DNA of 64,000 bases from an uncultured virus (IMG/VR IMGVR_UViG_3300024177_000002) (taxonomy: Duplodnaviria > Heunggongvirae > Uroviricota > Caudoviricetes): the IMG/VR virus record IMGVR_UViG_3300024177_000002; one strand, given 5' to 3'. Each line of letters begins with the position of its first letter. The stretch's first letter is position 1. Below are positions 19,236-28,347 of this stretch, one piece after another. The position numbers and the translations under genes are program-made. The notes below the pieces were generated by a model. It saw only the letters and a program-made list of their open reading frames with translations. It searched no databases and was not told the DNA's origin.

Positions 19236-20552
19236 GTGGCCCTCTCAAATGATGCCTGCACAGCCTTCAACAGTTGGCTTTTCCAAAGGTCACCCCAATG
19301 GTTTCCGAAAGAAATGGCGAAAGACCGATTCCCGCAAGCTGCCGGGTATCTGAATCTTTGGCCCCAGGAGAAATTTCCAAACTTCCTCGGCACCGAACTG
19401 AATTGGAACACGATTCACGTCACGCGCCCGAATGACAATGGATGCTGGGAAGCGATGGACGCGACCGCCTGTATGCAGGCCATCTGCGATCCTGAGCGCG
19501 TTTACACAGGATGGGGCGTCACCAATGCCGTTTTTGGCAAATACCACCGCGACTATCAGACGCCGGTATTTTGCTTCGACCAGTTGCGGCATATCACCGA
19601 TGCTAAAATGCAGCTTGCCGCCATCGTGGACGGTCATAAGCAGATGTCCAAGGGCATCATGTCGGATTTCCTGCGCCTTCTGGCCCTGCGTCAAAGCGAT
19701 GTGATCCACATTGCCGGCAGCGACAATACGACCGTGGACGTAACGGCAGGCATGTTCCTGGCTAATTGCACCAAGATTGATCTTGGTAGCGCGGCCAATC
19801 TGCCCACGAGTGAATTGACGTTGGATTACTTGGATAACCATGTTGACGACCTGCAATTCAACGGATACTTCGCCAACGAGTTCATGCCGACTGGCCTGTA
19901 TCAGATCATGTCGGACACAACCACATGGAGGCGTCTGGCCAACAAGAATCCGAATCTGTACTCGATGTACACCGGGGCCGATTTCGCCAAAGGCGGAAAA
20001 CTTTACGCCTTCGGGGTGATGCCGAACGTCGGCCAGTGGGCGATGAAGGTGGACGACGAGCCAATGCGGTTCAACCATCTTGGCAATGGCGTGCTTCAGC
20101 GTATTTGGCCCTTCGACAATGTGGCCACGACAGTTGGCAAGATGCCCCAGTTCTCACAGGGTTACAAAAATGCCCATTATCAGCTTTATCACGTTTACAA
20201 CCGCGCCGCCCGCGAGGTGTATGTCGGCGACGTAAGCCCGGTTGGTAGCGGGATGGAATTCAACCTTGCCCGCGACATGATGGGGCGATGGCAATGGAAG
20301 TATCCTGATTTCTTCAAGGCCCGTGATCCAAACACAGGCGAAATCTGCGAATACAACAACGACAAGAAAAACAAAGGCTACTGGCTCGCGGAGTTTGAGG
20401 CCGGAATGCGGACAATCTATCCGAAGATTGAGATGTGGATTCTCGCGTTGCGCGAACCGACGCCGATCTTCAACCAGAAGCTCTGCCGCGACCTGCCGAT
20501 TACTTACAACACGGGCACCCCGTACAATCCGTGGTGCGGTGACGAAGATTAA
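19236..20552 (+). CDS. major capsid protein
   Basis: About 438 aa from GTG after AAGGA; strong C/G third-position bias; long 5' leader and 3' hairpin; no other capsid candidate in the window. Confidence 0.78.
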   Translation: MALSNDACTAFNSWLFQRSPQWFPKEMAKDRFPQAAGYLNLWPQEKFPNFLGTELNWNTIHVTRPNDNGCWEAMDATACMQAICDPERVYTGWGVTNAVFGKYHRDYQTPVFCFDQLRHITDAKMQLAAIVDGHKQMSKGIMSDFLRLLALRQSDVIHIAGSDNTTVDVTAGMFLANCTKIDLGSAANLPTSELTLDYLDNHVDDLQFNGYFANEFMPTGLYQIMSDTTTWRRLANKNPNLYSMYTGADFAKGGKLYAFGVMPNVGQWAMKVDDEPMRFNHLGNGVLQRIWPFDNVATTVGKMPQFSQGYKNAHYQLYHVYNRAAREVYVGDVSPVGSGMEFNLARDMMGRWQWKYPDFFKARDPNTGEICEYNNDKKNKGYWLAEFEAGMRTIYPKIEMWILALREPTPIFNQKLCRDLPITYNTGTPYNPWCGDED

Positions 20553-20565
20553 GCCGATTAACTTT

Positions 20566-20593
20566 GGGATGCTCCGGTTAGTCGGGGCATCCC
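20566..20593 (+). terminator. stem-loop after the capsid gene (attenuator or stabiliser; no U tract)
   Basis: GGGATGCTCCG...CGGGGCATCCC. Confidence 0.55.
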
Positions 20594-20603
20594 TAACTAA
20601 CAA

Positions 20604-20909
20604 ATGGCTTATTCAGATACACCAGCCGCACCGGATGCGGCAAATGCGTTGGATGATTCAGGCGAAACCCCGCCAGAAACTTCTGAACCGACAACTGGCA
20701 AATCGTTTTTCATTCCACCCGAATATCAGGATGATGCCATAGCCAATGCCAAACCTGGGGATGTGGTTAAGATTCGGATTGTAGGCAAAGATGCTGACGG
20801 TGCGGTGGAGGCTGAATGCGATAACGAAACATCTGAGGGTGCGGGCAATGAACTGGACACTTTGGATAACGCTATGCCGGAAAGTTTCGGTGGAAAAATG
20901 AAAGGCTGA
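20604..20909 (+). CDS. acidic hypothetical protein
   Basis: 101-aa ORF after the capsid gene. Confidence 0.65.
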   Translation: MAYSDTPAAPDAANALDDSGETPPETSEPTTGKSFFIPPEYQDDAIANAKPGDVVKIRIVGKDADGAVEAECDNETSEGAGNELDTLDNAMPESFGGKMKG

Positions 20910-20913
20910 CAAA

Positions 20914-21351
20914 ATGACAATTTTACTGATTTGTTTAGCAGCGGCGGCGGTTGCGGCTTTGGTAGGCGTAGCCGTTGATCCGTGTTCTGTTGATTCCATG
21001 GTGGATGGGTCGGTATGCATTGATAATCTTTCCGACAGGGAAAAACTGGCAGCAGACGTTTTTTACCTTTGCCAAGAAGTTGCGGCATGTTCGAGCGCAG
21101 ACTGCACCATAGATGGTCTGGAAGAAGATGCGAAATGTTTGAAGCATCTTTCCAATGAGAAGCTATCCAGCATTTTGGTTTATTCTGATTTGGTGGCGGC
21201 TCAATCTGCTGGAGCTGACTTGGATGGCTCCATGGACGAACTCCAAAATGGAATCAAATGCCTGAAACTGCTTGATGACACCCAACTGATGGCGATGCAA
21301 GTTGTTCTTCGATGCCGCCTTCAAAACTGTGTCGAGCCATTGATCCTGTGA
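20914..21351 (+). CDS. Cys-repeat helical protein (3 repeats) with hydrophobic N-terminus
   Basis: C-x10-C[LI]...L.C repeats; MTILLICLAAAAVAALVG. Confidence 0.7.
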   Translation: MTILLICLAAAAVAALVGVAVDPCSVDSMVDGSVCIDNLSDREKLAADVFYLCQEVAACSSADCTIDGLEEDAKCLKHLSNEKLSSILVYSDLVAAQSAGADLDGSMDELQNGIKCLKLLDDTQLMAMQVVLRCRLQNCVEPLIL

Positions 21352-21360
21352 GGCTAGCCA

Positions 21361-21921
21361 ATGGCAATATCATGTTTGCCGGATGATCTCGCTGAGAGCG
21401 TAAAATGTCTTGATAAGCAAGATTCTCAGGCGTTGCTCTCACAGATTGTTTGGTTGCTTTGCCAACTGAATTCTATGGAATGCACGCCTGAAACATTAGC
21501 CGAAAGCACGGCCTGCCTCCAAAATGTAGATCAGCAGACTCTTTTGGCCTATTCGGTCTTCCTACTGTGCCAGATTGCCAATGGAGGCGGAGGTTCCTCA
21601 CCCAAAGTCTATCGCGCATTGCTTACGCAATCAGGAACGGATGCGCCAGTTGCTACAGTTTTGGAAAACACGCTAGGTTTTGTTCCGACATACGAATATA
21701 GCTTAGTTGGGCAATACAATGTAGTTTCGCCTGTTGGATTTCCAGCCGGAAAGACCTTTATTTTGTTCAACTATAATTTTGAGAATGGATCATCCACTGT
21801 TGGGGCAGCGTCGTGGCAAAATCCATCTTTAATTTTGCTCGATACATGGACAGAAATTGACCCATTTACACGGCACGAGATGGGTACAGGACCGCATAGT
21901 ATTGAAATTTTGGTCTATTGA
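21361..21921 (+). CDS. Cys-repeat adaptor (2 repeats) + Gly linker + beta domain
   Basis: CLPDDLAESVKCL...LLCQ twice, GGGGSS, then KVYRALLTQSGTDAPVATVLENTLG. Confidence 0.72.
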   Translation: MAISCLPDDLAESVKCLDKQDSQALLSQIVWLLCQLNSMECTPETLAESTACLQNVDQQTLLAYSVFLLCQIANGGGGSSPKVYRALLTQSGTDAPVATVLENTLGFVPTYEYSLVGQYNVVSPVGFPAGKTFILFNYNFENGSSTVGAASWQNPSLILLDTWTEIDPFTRHEMGTGPHSIEILVY

Positions 21922-22101
21922 ACATGGCCCCAATCCGTTTTATGAACAACGCACCAAATATTACTAACACTTCTCCCGATTTTCTTGGCTATTTCGGTTT
22001 GCGTCAATCCTTCACGCAGTGTATGCTTAAAACCAAACTGTGTCTATCCTTAATCTGAAAATGACGTGAACCATGGCAACTCCAAATAACGACTGAATAA
22101 T

Positions 22102-22473
22102 GTGGCTACAGAATGCGCACCAGATGAACTCGCTGAAGGCGTCAAGTGCCTGCAAAATCAGGACCAGCAAACACTTCTTGCCCAAATTCTGTACCAGCTT
22201 TGCATCTTAAATGGTATGGCTTGTGATCCAGATACGCTTTCGGACATTGACGAGGTAAAATGCCTTCAGAACTGGGATATTCAATCGCTTCTGGCCGTGA
22301 TTGCCTATGAATTGTGTCAGATAAACGCAGGTGGCGGAGGCGGAAACTTGATACAAGTTTACGAGGGGCGTGATCCTTTGCCGCCCAATGACCCCACAAA
22401 AGCGGCGCTAAATTACCCAACTGGCGGCGGCATCGTTACAAATTGGGTAGTTGGAACTCAATCCTGGGTCTGA
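22102..22473 (+). CDS. Cys-repeat adaptor (2 repeats) + Gly linker + short domain
   Basis: CAPDELAEGVKCL...LC twice, then GGGGG. Confidence 0.72.
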   Translation: MATECAPDELAEGVKCLQNQDQQTLLAQILYQLCILNGMACDPDTLSDIDEVKCLQNWDIQSLLAVIAYELCQINAGGGGGNLIQVYEGRDPLPPNDPTKAALNYPTGGGIVTNWVVGTQSWV

Positions 22474-22477
22474 TTTT

Positions 22478-25366
22478 ATGAGAGTTTTTCTTTTACTATT
22501 GTTTCTGTTAATAGTCTCAACCCTTCACGCTGCTAACCTTGACCAGAACAGCATCATTGGCACGAATGGTATTAAAGTCACCGTGACCGGAACCGGAAAC
22601 GCTACGAAGCTATTTGTTGGTAGGTCTAATCCAATTCCTCCTCCAGAGGAATTGCTGTCTGGCAATGGAACTCCAAATGTCATGGCAATGTGGACTCAAA
22701 CGAATGCACTCGGAGACGCGCACGACGCCTATGCCACCAACATTACATTTAAGACCAGATTTCTTTCCGATGGATCGTTATCTTTTGGAGAATCTTCTCC
22801 ATCACTCGTTCTCGGAACCAACGCGATTGCCGTTGCGGGACGTTCCAGCCTTCGCCTTATCTCTCCCACGAATGATGCATCTCAAGTTTTGGTTAAACTT
22901 ACAGCCCCAATAACGCCCGGAGAACAGATTTTGTTTCTTCAAAACTACAGCACAAATACAAGTGCATGGACGTTGAAAAACGGTCAAGCCTTGGCAGGCG
23001 GCGGAACCACAATCCTCAATGGAGACTTTGTTGGCAGCACTTCAGGACAGGGGATTCTTTTGAAATGGAATGCGTTGAATAATGGCTCATGGGAAGAGGT
23101 TCAGAGATTCTCGCCGAACACGAACGGAACCATATCGGATGTTCTCTGGCAACTTAACGCTGGAATTTTGTCTCCGATTGGACCTACTGCCGGAGTGCTG
23201 ACTACGAACTTGGAAAATTTCGGGTACGCTTATTTCTTTAATGCAGTTGTAGAGGTCGCCAATAAGCAAATTGTTACCACTGGGACCAACCTGATTGATA
23301 TGCTCAATTCGAGCCACATTAAAGTTCTTTCTGATACGAATGCTGTATCTGGAGTGATCCTTCAGCTCACAGGGGGAACCAATACTGGCCATCGCGCCTC
23401 AATCGTAAATGCCAGCACCAATTCGGGTTTTACGCTTCCCAATGGCAGCACAAATACGGCTGGAGGTCATGTTTACTTAAACGGGCAACGAGACTGGGTA
23501 ACTTCCAATAATTTCGACGCAATTCAATTACTTTATGAATTTCCTGATTGGATTGAGCTAGGAAGGTCGTCTCCAACGAATGGAGATACTGGTTCAATCG
23601 TTATAAATCCTACGGACAATTACATGCCTTATCGCAGCAGCTTTGACACGTTCGGTAATAGTCCTTGGGAGAGAACGGGGGCCAAAACGCTGACTGCCCA
23701 TCTGGATACCAGCGGCCAGATTCTTTACCAACTCGATAATTCCATTGCGCTGATGCAGGACAAACTTTTCGCCGTCCAACCTAATAGCACAGGGCAGGCT
23801 GATCCTAATAACGGGGCAACCGGAGTTTCCGTGGTTACGGCGGCGGCGGCGACAGCGGCGATTCAGCAATGGTCTCCTGGAGTGTCTTGGCGTGCTCGTG
23901 GATGGTCAACAAACAATGCCGAAAGCGAGGATGTTCTGTTCCAATCTTTCGTTGCATCTCACGCGGGATCAACAAACCCCTATGGAAGCTTAATAATTGA
24001 ATCCATAACGCACACGAATTCAGCGGTAACGAATTTTTCCGTTTCCTCAGCCAGCGGATATACGGGGTCAGGCACCAATTATTTATCGGATGACGGGACT
24101 TACAAAACAGTCACGACAACCACAATCAACTCAACCGATGGATTCCTTCCTGTTAGGGGAAGTTCCTCTACATTCTCAAATTCTGTGCTGGAAATGATTG
24201 GGGGCTCGCTTTATGTAACCAATCTAACGGGCGGTGCCGTGGGGGATGTGGTTAATTTTCAGAATACTCTTGGAACTTTGAATATCGGAGTGAACTCCTC
24301 TGGTAATGGAACATCAACCGCTTCGGCTAATTATGCGCTTAGTGCGCTTACCGGAGTCATGTCTATTTACTCCGCTGGAAGCACATGGACTTTTAACACA
24401 AGCACATTGCAACCGGATACATCGAACACTTTTTCTATTGGAACTGTTCAAGCTCCATTCTTTGAAGTTGATGTTGGGAGGGTTAAGTTTTTGGATGGGA
24501 CAATTCAAACTACTGCTTCTTCTCCAGGATCATACCAACCATCCTCCTCGACTCTCACAAATTTATCCCTAACGGGAGCATTAACCAATATCACGAGTGG
24601 CAACGCCTCTTTCACTTCCCTCTTGAAACAAACCAATCAGCCAGTAGTGAAAACAATCAGCGCCGGGAGCGCAAATCTTAGCGTGACAGATAACACAACA
24701 AATATCGCTCTTGATGTTGTGTCGGTTCCAGGCGGAATTTTCACCAACTCAACAACAGGCGGAACAATCATGGTTTCGGGTAGTTCAACTCAATCAACCA
24801 ATTCTCCTTTGACCGTTGTGAGTTCGAGCAGCCTGAAATCCACGGCCCATTTGGATATGAACGGGAATAGTATCACGAATGCGTCCTTTACCACGGCAGC
24901 AAGCGGCACATTCACCGGAAATGGGGCCGGAATTACAAATGTTCCACAAGCACCTGCAATATTTGCCGCCAGCGTGACCGCTCAGTCTGTTACCACTACT
25001 GGGAAAATATCGGGGTTGAATGGTTCGTTCGTGACAGGCATCCTTTATGCTTACTCTGTTTTGAATGATAACATAGTAGGAACGCCACTTGTGAGGCCAA
25101 TGACGTTCACAAATTTAGTAATCAAAGCAAGACAGAATTCTTCTGGAGGTGCGTTCGGAACTGGCACTAACTTCACTTTTATTGTTTACACGAATACCGT
25201 TGCTTCTGGTCTTTTGGCCACGTTGACAACAGACGGAACTACTACCGTCGCAAATAGCGGAACAACCTCAGTCAAAGTTCCCGCGAACGCCAGCGTCAGT
25301 ATAAGGATGACCAACATTGTTTCCGCCGCCTCGGCAGATATAGGGTGGTCGCTTGAGGCTTTCTGA
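22478..25366 (+). CDS. large fibre/adhesin-like protein with a Sec-type signal peptide, Thr-Asn rich
   Basis: MRVFLLLLFLLIVSTLHA-A; S/T/N/G-rich beta protein with internally duplicated domains. Confidence 0.75.
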   Translation: MRVFLLLLFLLIVSTLHAANLDQNSIIGTNGIKVTVTGTGNATKLFVGRSNPIPPPEELLSGNGTPNVMAMWTQTNALGDAHDAYATNITFKTRFLSDGSLSFGESSPSLVLGTNAIAVAGRSSLRLISPTNDASQVLVKLTAPITPGEQILFLQNYSTNTSAWTLKNGQALAGGGTTILNGDFVGSTSGQGILLKWNALNNGSWEEVQRFSPNTNGTISDVLWQLNAGILSPIGPTAGVLTTNLENFGYAYFFNAVVEVANKQIVTTGTNLIDMLNSSHIKVLSDTNAVSGVILQLTGGTNTGHRASIVNASTNSGFTLPNGSTNTAGGHVYLNGQRDWVTSNNFDAIQLLYEFPDWIELGRSSPTNGDTGSIVINPTDNYMPYRSSFDTFGNSPWERTGAKTLTAHLDTSGQILYQLDNSIALMQDKLFAVQPNSTGQADPNNGATGVSVVTAAAATAAIQQWSPGVSWRARGWSTNNAESEDVLFQSFVASHAGSTNPYGSLIIESITHTNSAVTNFSVSSASGYTGSGTNYLSDDGTYKTVTTTTINSTDGFLPVRGSSSTFSNSVLEMIGGSLYVTNLTGGAVGDVVNFQNTLGTLNIGVNSSGNGTSTASANYALSALTGVMSIYSAGSTWTFNTSTLQPDTSNTFSIGTVQAPFFEVDVGRVKFLDGTIQTTASSPGSYQPSSSTLTNLSLTGALTNITSGNASFTSLLKQTNQPVVKTISAGSANLSVTDNTTNIALDVVSVPGGIFTNSTTGGTIMVSGSSTQSTNSPLTVVSSSSLKSTAHLDMNGNSITNASFTTAASGTFTGNGAGITNVPQAPAIFAASVTAQSVTTTGKISGLNGSFVTGILYAYSVLNDNIVGTPLVRPMTFTNLVIKARQNSSGGAFGTGTNFTFIVYTNTVASGLLATLTTDGTTTVANSGTTSVKVPANASVSIRMTNIVSAASADIGWSLEAF

Positions 25367-25373
25367 AATTTCT

Positions 25374-26033
25374 ATGCGAAGCGCTATTTGCTTTTTATCA
25401 GTCCTTGTATCTCTGAACACATCTTTCGGTGACGGATTCCAGTTAAGCTATTCAACGGAGAGTGTCAATGGACGGGCGTATGTTGTAAATATTGACGAAC
25501 CATCATCAACCAATCTCAGGAATTGGTCGCTTCTTTCAACGAACGATTTTCACAGCGGCACAAATGGCGTGAACGGGACAAGCGGCACCAACGGTGTGAA
25601 CGGCTCTCAAGGAATTCAGGGCGTGGCCGGCACTAACGGAGTGAATGGAACGAACGGGGTTAACGGTGCGTCCGGAATCAACGGGACCAATGGCGTTAAT
25701 GCCGTTACCACCTTTGCAAATGGAGCCAATGTCGGTTCAGGAGCCACAACGAATACGACCGGGACAATGACGGTGGCTATGACGAATTCCATGGTCACGA
25801 TCACGCCAACCGGGGCCTGCACTTTCAATGCGAGTGGCGGAACAGCGGGTCAGTTGACGACCTTCATCATAACTACGAGCGGAACGTCGAGCTTCGTTCT
25901 GACGTGGGGCACAAATTTTAAGTCAACAGCCACGCTGGCGACCGGAACCACAAGCGGGAAGGTGTTTTGCGTGACATTCCGGTGTCTTAACGGCACTGCA
26001 TGGTATGAAACATCCCGCACAACGGCTATGTAG
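25374..26033 (+). CDS. collagen-like (GTNGVN repeat) fibre protein with signal peptide
   Basis: MRSAICFLSVLVSLNTSFG; G-X-Y repeats; C-terminal domain paralogous to 3409-3792. Confidence 0.78.
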   Translation: MRSAICFLSVLVSLNTSFGDGFQLSYSTESVNGRAYVVNIDEPSSTNLRNWSLLSTNDFHSGTNGVNGTSGTNGVNGSQGIQGVAGTNGVNGTNGVNGASGINGTNGVNAVTTFANGANVGSGATTNTTGTMTVAMTNSMVTITPTGACTFNASGGTAGQLTTFIITTSGTSSFVLTWGTNFKSTATLATGTTSGKVFCVTFRCLNGTAWYETSRTTAM

Positions 26034-26075
26034 TTTTGGCTTTACAGGCCAAGACGGATTTTGTAAAAAGCTCGC

Positions 26076-26417
26076 ATGAGAATACTCCTGGCCCTTTTCC
26101 TTTCCGCATTCACCGTCTCGGCCCAGCAGTCGTTTCCTCTTTCGATAAAACTGCTCTCGCTCAACTCATTCCCAAGAACAAATTTACAGGCAACGCTAGA
26201 AATCAAGGACGTGAAGGGGAATGTATTCACGCAGCTTGAGGTTGTGACGACGACTGTAGCGACCTGCGTCCTGAGTTTCACATTCGAGGGCAAAGAGGAA
26301 ATCTTGGGCGAGAAGTTTCCGCGACTGATGAGCGTGGTGACGAACGTGGTGAAGTTTCCAAAGACGAACGATCCACCGCTCGAATCAATAGAACCGCCAA
26401 AGCCAAGTCCGAAATGA
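26076..26417 (+). CDS. exported hypothetical protein
   Basis: Signal peptide MRILLALFLSAFTVSA-QQ. Confidence 0.65.
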   Translation: MRILLALFLSAFTVSAQQSFPLSIKLLSLNSFPRTNLQATLEIKDVKGNVFTQLEVVTTTVATCVLSFTFEGKEEILGEKFPRLMSVVTNVVKFPKTNDPPLESIEPPKPSPK

Positions 26418-26526
26418 AACTCAACCAAGATGATATTGCGTTCGGCGTGATGTTTTTCATTGCTCTTATCCTTGGGGGATCAGCCGGAGCGTTCGTGATG
26501 TTTTGCATTGTTCACATGCTAGCCTT

Positions 26527-26730
26527 ATGAGCGAAGTCGAATCTGCCGAGCAAGATGAAAAGGAATGGTGCGAATATTGCGGGGATTATCATATCGGAGA
26601 TCACTTGCTCTCGCCTGAAATAATTGAACAAGAGCGCAGGAGAGTTGATAGGAAACAAACACGACTTGCTTGGATAGTTTTCTTGACCAGCGCAGCGATG
26701 ATTGCTTACTTTCTGCACCGAGCCTTATGA
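26527..26730 (+). CDS. small membrane protein with CxxC
   Basis: MSEVES...CEYCG...C-terminal TM segment. Confidence 0.5.
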   Translation: MSEVESAEQDEKEWCEYCGDYHIGDHLLSPEIIEQERRRVDRKQTRLAWIVFLTSAAMIAYFLHRAL

Positions 26731-28091
26731 ACCTACCCGCCCCAACCAATCTCAATGCCGTTTTGGATTCCAGCAACGTCGTCAACCTGACATGGGCCGA
26801 CAACAGTAAAAAGGAAACTGGCTTCGAGATTCAGCAAAAGGTTGACGCCGGGACGTTCACAACTTTCGCCAAAGCTCCCGCCAACGCCACCTCGCTGAAT
26901 GGATTTGTGGTAGCGGTTGGGCACACCTACGCCTACCGCATTCGTGCGTTGCAAGGAGGCCATCTTTCCCCGTGGTCGAATGTGGCTATCGTTCAGGCTT
27001 TGGAACCGGCCATCACGTATGGATGGGTTACAACGCCTATCGTGAATGTGGGTTTCGTTTTTCCAACAAAGATTGCTTCTAGCGGCGCGCTGAACTGCGC
27101 GATTCTTCGCAACGTGAATTGGTCAGACAAATTGACGGTGTTCTGGTTCACCGACGCCGGCGCGTGGACGACGATGGACGTTCCTTTTCCTGGCGACACG
27201 GGCCGGATTGGAACGGCTCACTGCGCTCTGGCCGGGAATGTTCTTTACCTGCTCACCCAGGGCGCATCGCCGGAATTGTTCAAGGTGACGGAGTATTCGG
27301 TCGGAACACTCAATGCAAACGGGATTCCGATGAGCTTGAGTTTCTTCGCTGAGTTCTCATTTGGAGACGCTGATTCACGCAACGGACAAATGCTGATCCG
27401 CAGCGATGGTTCTCCTGTGGCAATCGTGGACAACCAGGGCGGTGCAGGAATCGTTTACGTTGCCAGCAAACCTGTCGGCGGCATCTGGAAAGCCAATTCT
27501 GCCGCAATGGGCGCATGGTTGGGTGGCGACAGGGCGCACTTGTCATCGGCCATTGTCAATCCATCAACCGGCTTCGTGGAATTCTATCAGTCCGGTGATG
27601 GTGAGCACAAAATCATGTGCTCCATCATAACGTCGGTTGATCCGTTGGTGTTCACCGTTACCTATCTTGGCCCTTCCGATGGGTTTCTGGCTCCGGGTGG
27701 TGAGAATGTGTTTTCGGAAACTGCATCGCAACCAAACGGGGCAACCATCCTGGCTTACTGCAACGACAACTGGACTCAGGTTGGTAATGTGGCCTTCGCG
27801 CCCATGATCGGCATTGACGTTGCGGCGAAACAACTTCTTGGCCAGACCGAGCCGATGATTCACAGTCTGCCGGTGGGCTTGTGCGCCAATCCGTCGCTGG
27901 CGCTTTTCTATTTCTCCGGGACTGCATTGCGAGAGAATTTCAACGGTGCCGATGTTCAGATCGCGGACGATTGCGGCAGCTACGGTTTCAACCCTCAAAG
28001 GCGCCAATTGGCGATTCAAACATCCACGAACGCGGTGAACCTAGTTCAGTGGAAAGCGTCGAAGCCAAGCCCGTCGGTTCTGGATACGTGA
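26727..28091 (+). CDS. fibronectin type III domain protein with a beta-propeller-like C-terminus
   Basis: PAPTNLNA...VNLTWADNSKKETGFEIQ...YAYRIRA...SPWSN. Confidence 0.8.
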   Translation: MNLPAPTNLNAVLDSSNVVNLTWADNSKKETGFEIQQKVDAGTFTTFAKAPANATSLNGFVVAVGHTYAYRIRALQGGHLSPWSNVAIVQALEPAITYGWVTTPIVNVGFVFPTKIASSGALNCAILRNVNWSDKLTVFWFTDAGAWTTMDVPFPGDTGRIGTAHCALAGNVLYLLTQGASPELFKVTEYSVGTLNANGIPMSLSFFAEFSFGDADSRNGQMLIRSDGSPVAIVDNQGGAGIVYVASKPVGGIWKANSAAMGAWLGGDRAHLSSAIVNPSTGFVEFYQSGDGEHKIMCSIITSVDPLVFTVTYLGPSDGFLAPGGENVFSETASQPNGATILAYCNDNWTQVGNVAFAPMIGIDVAAKQLLGQTEPMIHSLPVGLCANPSLALFYFSGTALRENFNGADVQIADDCGSYGFNPQRRQLAIQTSTNAVNLVQWKASKPSPSVLDT

Positions 28092-28347
28092 AATGAACGA
28101 CAAAGAGCCAAATCCATACATGGTCATTTCAGGAATCATCGTCGGGGTCTTTGGCGTCATGTATTTGGTGGGGGTAATTGGAAATCTGTTTTTGAGATTG
28201 ATCGGAAAGCAATGAACTGGATTTACGAACTGTTCAAAGCCCATGGCGCAGATGCTTGGTGGTTCTGCAAGGTGTTTTCTGGTATTATGGGAGCCGGGTT
28301 TATTGCGTGGGCCGCTGGCTGGATCATCCTTTACGTTTTCTTTGACT

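Noticed and set aside
19290..20078. 262-aa antisense ORF inside the capsid gene
   Set aside because: Shadow of a strongly codon-biased gene; no motifs or RBS.
25555..25705. Tandem nucleotide repeats
   Set aside because: Explained by the GTNGVN collagen-like coding repeat with synonymous variation.
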